Under the pieces are notes generated by a model. The model saw nothing but the letters and a program-made list of their open reading frames with translations, was not told the DNA's origin and ran no database searches. Positions 55,567 through 61,255 of a stretch of 61,255 bases of DNA are shown here, piece by piece. Within the stretch, counting starts at the first letter, position 1. Every line of letters begins with the position of its first letter. Source of the DNA: an uncultured Pyrinomonadaceae bacterium (lineage in GTDB: Bacteria > Acidobacteriota > Blastocatellia > Pyrinomonadales > Pyrinomonadaceae); the NCBI GenBank assembly GCA_964237245.1, contig CAXSHW010000014.1:297-61551 (forward strand). The letters run 5' to 3'. The translations under genes were made by a program, and so were the position numbers.

Positions 55567-57003
55567 TTACGGATTGATTAAGACATAAAGTTTGTCAGCC
55601 CAATCGGATTTCGAGTTTTGCAAGATTTCGTATTGAACCGAAGCGGAATCTTTGTCGCCGAGTTTGACATAGGCGCGTCCGAGATTGTAACGTGCTTTGT
55701 CGAAATTCGGATTGTAGCTGACGGCGTCATTGAATGCGTCAATGCTTTCCTGCGTTTTTCCGAGTTCAAAATAACTTTCGCCCAAGTAATTGTAAGTTTT
55801 TGCGTCTGGTTTGTAAGTTTTAAGTTGTTCAAACGCGGCGAGTGCGTCGGTGAATCTTTTTTGTTTGAAATATGCCGCGCCGAGCAGTTCGTAAGCGTTG
55901 GCGAAATCCGGTTTTAGATTAACGGCGCGTTTGTAGGCGAGAATTTCTTCGTCGTTGCGATTTAATTTGTTCAGTGAAAGTCCGAGCGCGTATTGAGCGT
56001 CGGCGTTGTCGGGATTTAGTTTAGTTGCCTGTTTGTAAGCGTCGGCGGCGTCTTTGTATTGTCCGAGCGCGAAACTCGACGCGCCGATGTTGACGTAAGT
56101 TTCCGCCCAATCGGGACGAAGTTTCGCAGCTTGACGCGAAGCCCGCAGCGCGTCTTCGTGGCGTCCGAGCATTCCGTAGCAAAATCCGGCTTGATACCAC
56201 GCTTCGGCATAATTCGGGTCAATCTCGGTCGCTTTTTCAAAATATCCGACGGCTTTTGCGTATTCGTCGCGCGATAGAATTCCCAAGCCTTGCGAATAAT
56301 AGCTTTGCGCGACGGCGCGGCGATTTTTTTGTGTTTCCGTATTGAGCGAAGAAAAAGTTTGCAAATCGCCTGATTTTAATTGTGCGATTCTTTCCGAAGG
56401 CACGGCGAAATTTAAACTTTGACCTTCGGCGGCTTGCAGCGTTGCGACACCGATGACTTGTCCGCGCATATTGACGACGGGCGAACCGCTTGAACCGGGC
56501 GAAATCGGCGCGGTGATTTGAATGATTTTGCCGTAGCCCGGAATTTCGCGCACAGCGGAAACGATTCCGTTAGACACAGAACCTTCAAGCCCGAACGGAT
56601 TGCCGATGACAACGATTGATTCACCTTCCTGCGGCGCGATTTTTTCAATCGGCAGCGGAACGGCAGCGTCTTGCGGAACATCAACTTGCAGCAGCGCGAG
56701 GTCGCCTTCGCCGTCAATCGCCAGCACGCCTTTTGCCGTATAAGTTTTGCCGTTTAATAAATGAACCGTTACGCGACTGGATTTTTCGATGACGTGCCGG
56801 TTAGTAATCACCGTATCGCCGGAGACAAAAAAACCGCTGCCGCGCGAAAGCGTCGCGCCTTTCGCGTCAAATGTTTCAATCGCCACCGCCGAAGGTTTAA
56901 TGCGGCGCACGAGTTCAGGCAAATAATCCTGCGCCGACGCGAACGCGACAAAAGCGAAACTCAAAAAAAAGAAGAGAAAAATTTTAGCGGCGACAAACTT
57001 CAT
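55567..57003 (-). CDS. Secreted trypsin-like serine protease (S1C) fused to TPR repeats
   Basis: Signal peptide, catalytic triad context (TNRHV, GDLALL, GSSGSPV), then about six TPR units. Confidence 0.85.
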   Translation of the reverse strand: MKFVAAKIFLFFFLSFAFVAFASAQDYLPELVRRIKPSAVAIETFDAKGATLSRGSGFFVSGDTVITNRHVIEKSSRVTVHLLNGKTYTAKGVLAIDGEGDLALLQVDVPQDAAVPLPIEKIAPQEGESIVVIGNPFGLEGSVSNGIVSAVREIPGYGKIIQITAPISPGSSGSPVVNMRGQVIGVATLQAAEGQSLNFAVPSERIAQLKSGDLQTFSSLNTETQKNRRAVAQSYYSQGLGILSRDEYAKAVGYFEKATEIDPNYAEAWYQAGFCYGMLGRHEDALRASRQAAKLRPDWAETYVNIGASSFALGQYKDAADAYKQATKLNPDNADAQYALGLSLNKLNRNDEEILAYKRAVNLKPDFANAYELLGAAYFKQKRFTDALAAFEQLKTYKPDAKTYNYLGESYFELGKTQESIDAFNDAVSYNPNFDKARYNLGRAYVKLGDKDSASVQYEILQNSKSDWADKLYVLINP

Positions 57004-57030
57004 TTGGATAAATTCGAGAATTCATTCGGA

Positions 57031-57059
57031 ATTATAAGGTTTTTATCCGAATCAAACAA
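57031..57059 (-). promoter_or_regulatory. Sigma70-like promoter for the protease-TPR gene
   Basis: On the minus strand: TTGTTT, 17 nt, TATAAT. Confidence 0.35.
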
Positions 57060-57149
57060 ATTTCTCGCAAAATAAAAAAGACAACGCAAAACTAGATGCG
57101 AATTTTTTATCGAAAAGTTGCTGAAAATATTAATCGGTCGGTCGAAAAC

Positions 57150-58025
57150 TTAAATTTTTTCGGTTAGCTTTTGCGTAAATTTCGCCACGTCCGCGAAACT
57201 GCGGGCGTAAAAATCGGCGGGAAAAAGTCGGCAAATAGATTTTTCTTTGAAAACTCTGCCGCCTAAAATGATCGGGATTTCAAGTTTGGCGACGCGCCCG
57301 GCAAAACACCTGTAATCGCGTGCGAGCGATTCGACATCGGTGATAATTGTGGCGGATAGACAAATTACTTGCGGCGCGTGGCGCGAAATTTCTTTTGCCA
57401 GACATTTTAGCGGTGTGTTCGCGCCGAAATTTAAAACTTCCCAACCGGCGTTTTCAATTGTTATTTGCGCGAGATACGCCGGAAGTTCGTGAAAATCTCC
57501 TTCTATCGCGCAGCAGACGGCGAGTTTGTCGGTCATTTTCGGAACAGTAAGGGAATTACGGAGTTTATAAATCGAATTTTGAGCCGTTCTGGTGGCGAGA
57601 TGTTCCTGACTGATTGTAAGTTTCCCTTTCAGCCAGAGGTCGCCGACGGATCGCATCGCCGGACAGACGAAATCGTCAAAAATTTCCGACAGTGTTCTGC
57701 CTTCGAGATATTCGCCGATAAGCAGATTTGCCGCCGCTTCTTCGCAGCCGGCGATTAAAGCCTTAAAAAGCGGCGAGCCGTCGGAATGCTTATTTTCGCT
57801 GCGCGTGGCAACCGAAACGACAGATTCATCGCCGTGACATTTTTTTAAACCAAGATTTTGCTCGCGTTGAAACCGGACGATTTCATCGGCGCGAAAACGT
57901 CTGTGTCCGCCGCTCGTGCGCTCCGAATGCAGAAGTCCGGCGTCTTCCCAACGCTTAACGGTCGCGTCGCTGACGCGGCACAGACGGGCAACTTCTTTGG
58001 TTGTAAGACACTTTAAATCGGTCAT
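57150..58025 (-). CDS. MerR/excisionase-type HTH + cobalamin-binding domain regulator (CarH/LitR-like)
   Basis: HTH (LTTKEVARLCRVSDATVKRWEDAGLL), the four-helix-bundle motif W-x9-EH (DLWLKGKLTISQEHL), and a B12-binding Rossmann domain with DFHELP. ATG 58025. Confidence 0.8.
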   Translation of the reverse strand: MTDLKCLTTKEVARLCRVSDATVKRWEDAGLLHSERTSGGHRRFRADEIVRFQREQNLGLKKCHGDESVVSVATRSENKHSDGSPLFKALIAGCEEAAANLLIGEYLEGRTLSEIFDDFVCPAMRSVGDLWLKGKLTISQEHLATRTAQNSIYKLRNSLTVPKMTDKLAVCCAIEGDFHELPAYLAQITIENAGWEVLNFGANTPLKCLAKEISRHAPQVICLSATIITDVESLARDYRCFAGRVAKLEIPIILGGRVFKEKSICRLFPADFYARSFADVAKFTQKLTEKI

Positions 58026-58149
58026 ACGAAAATCTACGACAGTCGAATTTTTCCAGATTTTAAAAGAAATTTTCTTTCGGAGAGAACTTGTCAGACGTAT
58101 GAATTTTACACTAAGCGCAAATTTATAATCAAACAAAAAAAATAAAAAT

Positions 58150-59424
58150 TTATATTTTGAGTCGTTCGCGCTTAATCTTCAAATCGCTCAAATTTCCCAA
58201 AGCGCCGAGCGCGATTTTTTCGGATTGGAAAAAATCCAGCGCGATTTCACGGATTTCTTCGATTGTTACGGCTTCGATTTTCGCCAGAGTTTCCTCGACC
58301 GGAATTTGTCTCGCGTGCGTGATTTCCATCTGCGCGAGATTTGCGGCGCGGACGCTCGAATCTTCCAAACCTAAAAGAACCGACGCGACAGTTTGTTCTT
58401 TCGCTAAATTCAGTTCGTCAATCGTTACGCCTTCGCGTTTTATGCGGCGCAGCTCGTTAATTGATAAATCTACGACTTCGGAAACCTTTTCCGGCGAACA
58501 TCCGGCGTAAATCGAAAAAACGCCCGAATCTTCAAAAGAATTCGCGCTCGCGCCGACCGAATAAGCAAGTCCGCGTTTTTCACGAATCGTCTGCCACAGG
58601 CGCGAAGAATTTCCGTCGCCCAAAATTCCGATCAAAAGCGAAGCGGCGTAACGTCGTTCGTCGCGGTCGGAAATCCAGGGCGCGGCGATAATAAGATGAG
58701 CCTGTTCGAGATTTTTTTTGTTTTTGACGATAATCGGCGCGGCAACTTTTGGATTGCAAATTGCGGATTGCGGATTGCGGATTGCGTTTGCGTCGGCGTT
58801 GAAAAAACTCTCGGACAATTCGACGATTTGTTTGTGTTCGACGTTTCCGGCGCAGGCGATAACTATGTTTTGCGGCTGAAATGTCTCGCGGTGAAAGTTT
58901 TTCGTTTGTTCGTGATTAAAGGTTCGGACGGTTTTGCGCGTGCCTTCAATCGGAAGTCCGAGCGCGTGGTTCGGATAAAACGCTCTGGTGAAAATTTCGC
59001 TCAAAAAATCTTCCGGCGTGTCTTCGACCATTTTGATTTCTTCGATAATCACCTTTTGTTCGCGTCGCAATTCTTTCCGGTCGAAAAGCGGATTGACCAG
59101 CATATCGGCGATTAAATCAAAAGCGTTAGCCGTTTGCGTGTCAACGACTTTCGCCATAAAACCGACAGCTTCGTGCATCGTAAAGGCGTCGAGATTGCCG
59201 CCCAGACGGTCAATTTCAATCGCAATTTCGAGCGCGCTTCTTTTGCGCGTGCCTTTGAAAACGGCGTGTTCGATAAAATGCGAAATGCCGTTTAATTCAG
59301 CAGGTTCGTGGCGCGAGCCGCGTTTTATCCAAAAGCCTAGTGTCGCACTGCGCACGTCCGGCATTTTTTCCGTTAAAATCGTCAAGCCGTTTTTGAGGCG
59401 CGTTGTCTGTATGTCTTCTTTCAT
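58150..59424 (-). CDS. M16-family (pitrilysin/insulinase-like) zinc peptidase
   Basis: HxxEH motif (HFIEH) and a two-domain M16 layout. Confidence 0.88.
   Translation of the reverse strand: MKEDIQTTRLKNGLTILTEKMPDVRSATLGFWIKRGSRHEPAELNGISHFIEHAVFKGTRKRSALEIAIEIDRLGGNLDAFTMHEAVGFMAKVVDTQTANAFDLIADMLVNPLFDRKELRREQKVIIEEIKMVEDTPEDFLSEIFTRAFYPNHALGLPIEGTRKTVRTFNHEQTKNFHRETFQPQNIVIACAGNVEHKQIVELSESFFNADANAIRNPQSAICNPKVAAPIIVKNKKNLEQAHLIIAAPWISDRDERRYAASLLIGILGDGNSSRLWQTIREKRGLAYSVGASANSFEDSGVFSIYAGCSPEKVSEVVDLSINELRRIKREGVTIDELNLAKEQTVASVLLGLEDSSVRAANLAQMEITHARQIPVEETLAKIEAVTIEEIREIALDFFQSEKIALGALGNLSDLKIKRERLKI
58752..58793. repeat. Heptamer array (GATTGCG-type, six units) inside the M16 peptidase coding sequence
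   Basis: GATTGCA AATTGCG GATTGCG GATTGCG GATTGCG TTTGCGT. On the minus strand it is translated as ..ANAIRNPQSAICNP... Confidence 0.8.
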
Positions 59425-59624
59425 ACGGTTTTAAATCAAAAGAAAATCGTATCATAAACAAACGCTTCATTGCATAGCGCCGAAAAGCCCGGAAAAATAA
59501 AAGTCAAGCAGTTTGACTCCGATACAGGCGAGAAGTGAAGCGTAATAAAAAACCAAAAATCTCTCGTGAATTTTCCGGCGCGTTTCGAGGGTTTTAAAAA
59601 CAAAATCGCCTTTGTCGTCTCAAA

Positions 59625-59653
59625 TTGACAAATCGCGCGCCAGATGTTTAAAT
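59625..59653 (+). promoter_or_regulatory. Sigma70-like promoter upstream of the HlyD-family gene
   Basis: TTGACA (59625-59630), 17 nt, TTAAAT (59648-59653). The palindrome agtaag-tg-cttact lies at 59661-59674. Confidence 0.45.
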
Positions 59654-59686
59654 TGAAAGAAGTAAGTGCTTACTAACTTTTAAAAG

Positions 59687-61165
59687 ATGAACGAGAAAGT
59701 AAAAGAAAAATCGCTGCCGACTGATGTTTCGACAAACGGTAACGCGGCAAGAAACGATTCGATTCCGAAGGCGGAAAATGATTCTGAAACACAGGCGGAA
59801 TCACGCGAAACCGGAGCCGAGAAAGCGCCTGAAACCGAAAAGAGCGAAGGAAAAACGGAAGAAACAGAACCGAAAAAGAAACGCCTTCCGTATATTATCG
59901 GCGGCGTTGTCTTGCTGATTGTAGCAATCGTCGGGTTAATTTACTGGCTTAATGCCAGAAATTTTGAATCAACCGACGACGCTTTTATTGACAGCGATGT
60001 TATTCAAATCAGCCCGAAAGTTTCGGCTTATGTAACGAAAGTTTACGTCAGTTCTAACCAAGCCGTGCATAAAGGAGATTTGCTCGTCGAATTGAATACA
60101 AAAGATTTTGAAGCGCAGCTTGAAAAGGCAAAGGCGCAGTTGGGCGCGGCGCAGGCGCAAAAAACTCAATCGCAGGCGCAAGTCGCTTTAACGCGCGTGA
60201 CGACGAACGCGGGACAGACGCAGGCGCAATCCGGCGTCGAAGCGGCGCGTAACAATGTCGCGCAGACCAGAGCCGCCGCCGATGCGAAACAGTCGCAAAT
60301 CCGGCAGGCGCAAAACGCGGTCAAAACCGCGCAGGCGAATTTGGCGCAAACGCGGGCGCAAGCTCCGCAAATTGAAGCCAATTTGAATTTGGCGCAGAAA
60401 GAATATAATCGCCGTCAGAGCCTTTACAACAGCGGCGATATTTCAAAACAATTGCTCGACGAAGCGATTAACGCTTTGCAGACGGCGCGGGCGCAGCTCA
60501 ACGCGGCAAACAAACAGGTCGAAGCCGCTCAAGCGCGCGTCGGCGAAGCGCAAGCGAACGTCGCCGTCGCGCAGAATAATTACCAGCAGTCTTTGGCGCA
60601 GGTCGAATTGACGAAATCGCAAATCGGAGAATCAATCGGACAGCTTCAGGACGCGAACGCCGCGCCCGAACGCATCGCCGTCAACGAAGCGCAAATCGGC
60701 AACGCCGAAGCCGGTATCGCGCAAGCCGAAGCCGCCGTCCACGAAGCCGAACTCGAACTTTCTTACACGAAAATTTTCGCGCCCGAAGACGGAACTGTAA
60801 CGCGCAAAACCATCGAAGAAGGACAGCTCGTGCAAATCGGCACGCCGATGATGGCGCTTTCGCAATCGGACGAAGTTTGGGTCGTGGCGAATTTCAAGGA
60901 AACGCAGCTTGAGTTGATGCGCGTTGGACAGCCCGTAGATATTGAAGTTGACGCTTATCCGAATCAGACTTTTCACGGCAAGGTCGAAAGTTTCCAAGCC
61001 GGAACAGGTTCGCGTTTCAGCCTTTTGCCGTCAGAAAATGCGACGGGAAACTACGTCAAAGTCGTGCAGCGCGTTCCGGTAAAAATCGTGTTTGACCAGC
61101 AGCCGAACGACAAATTTCTGCTCGCGCCGGGAATGTCAGTCTCACCGAGCGTAAAAGTCAGATAA
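59687..61165 (+). CDS. HlyD-family (EmrA-like) membrane-fusion/secretion protein
   Basis: Acidic N-terminal tail, a single TM helix, lipoyl-like half-motifs flanking a very long Ala/Gln coiled coil, and a C-terminal beta-barrel. Confidence 0.88.
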   Translation: MNEKVKEKSLPTDVSTNGNAARNDSIPKAENDSETQAESRETGAEKAPETEKSEGKTEETEPKKKRLPYIIGGVVLLIVAIVGLIYWLNARNFESTDDAFIDSDVIQISPKVSAYVTKVYVSSNQAVHKGDLLVELNTKDFEAQLEKAKAQLGAAQAQKTQSQAQVALTRVTTNAGQTQAQSGVEAARNNVAQTRAAADAKQSQIRQAQNAVKTAQANLAQTRAQAPQIEANLNLAQKEYNRRQSLYNSGDISKQLLDEAINALQTARAQLNAANKQVEAAQARVGEAQANVAVAQNNYQQSLAQVELTKSQIGESIGQLQDANAAPERIAVNEAQIGNAEAGIAQAEAAVHEAELELSYTKIFAPEDGTVTRKTIEEGQLVQIGTPMMALSQSDEVWVVANFKETQLELMRVGQPVDIEVDAYPNQTFHGKVESFQAGTGSRFSLLPSENATGNYVKVVQRVPVKIVFDQQPNDKFLLAPGMSVSPSVKVR

Positions 61166-61255
61166 ACGATAAATCACGAACGCTGAATTTTAGAGAAACA
61201 TTCTAGTGCTAAGTAACAAAAGATATTGTAGTAATGATTTGTTTTTTGTAACATT

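Noticed and set aside
58090-58122. CarH-type operator (tandem 11-bp nAnnTnnACAn repeats) at the promoter of the CarH-like gene.
   Set aside because: Only one 11-mer (gaattttacac, 58101-58111) fits the pattern. The adjacent 11-mers do not, so there is no convincing tandem site.
18468-58793. Whether the short-repeat arrays could be CRISPR arrays.
   Set aside because: The units are only 7 nt and abut, or are separated by 3 nt. There are no unique spacers of 25-40 nt, no leader, and no cas genes in the window.
1-61255. tRNA, rRNA, tmRNA or other housekeeping RNA genes; transposases, integrases or prophage genes.
   Set aside because: No T-loop-like GGTTCGAATCC-type motifs or cloverleaf candidates were found in the intergenic regions. 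No ORF shows transposase, integrase or phage structural signatures.

Overview
This 61.3-kb window looks like a chromosomal segment of a moderate-GC bacterium, probably Acidobacteriota-like. I base that guess on a VWFA-related acidobacterial-type protein, an Oar-like TonB-dependent receptor with a carboxypeptidase-regulatory N-domain, and several sigma54 enhancer-binding proteins. I found about 55 protein-coding genes and no rRNA, tRNA, CRISPR array, transposase or prophage.

Gene content in order:
- Sugar block: GH15 glucoamylase, ROK glucokinase, ROK regulator.
- NtrC-type response regulator and a YncE-like propeller.
- PspA/IM30, a two-TM coiled-coil protein and a VWA protein, apparently one operon.
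- Fused E1 alpha/beta 2-oxoacid dehydrogenase, DEAD-box helicase, acyl-CoA dehydrogenase.
- Lipid-related trio: flippase-like protein, CDP-alcohol phosphatidyltransferase, frameshifted metallophosphoesterase.
- LytS-type kinase, LytTR regulator and a TonB-dependent receptor.
- SLC13 permease.
- A minus-strand, redox-flavoured string: DUF2721, PflX-type radical SAM, small nucleotidyltransferase, Bcp, YggX, thioredoxin-NHL protein.
- Esterase, DUF962, fRMsr-type GAF protein.
- SDR / DUF2892-SRPBCC / Zn-ADH / O-methyltransferase block preceded by a canonical sigma54 promoter.
- murA, HIT, TPR lipoprotein, GAF-GAF sigma54 activator, disrupted selB, DUF2071, folA.
- PG-binding protein, DUF2585, MqnA/D-like protein, methyltransferase, ubiX, larB.
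- S1-protease-TPR protein, CarH/LitR-like B12-binding MerR regulator, M16 peptidase, HlyD-family protein.

The signal least explained by gene annotation is structural. Most of the longer intergenic gaps, and two coding regions, carry hairpins or arrays built from phased 7-mers. The 7-mers either abut (period 7) or are spaced by 3 nt (period 10). At least two dispersed sequence families are present: CACGAA and CACCGCAGAG.

Other leads:
- A textbook pair of LytTR-type direct repeats in front of the TonB-dependent receptor.
- The sigma54-driven four-gene redox/methyltransferase block.
- selB broken by an out-of-frame deletion that removes a core G-domain strand.
- A frameshifted metallophosphoesterase.
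- An esterase gene remnant that suggests the glucoamylase gene is a later insertion.
- Two AT-rich orphan secreted or lipoprotein genes, one flanked by 20-bp inverted repeats.

All functional calls rest on motifs I recognised by eye. I ran no database search.
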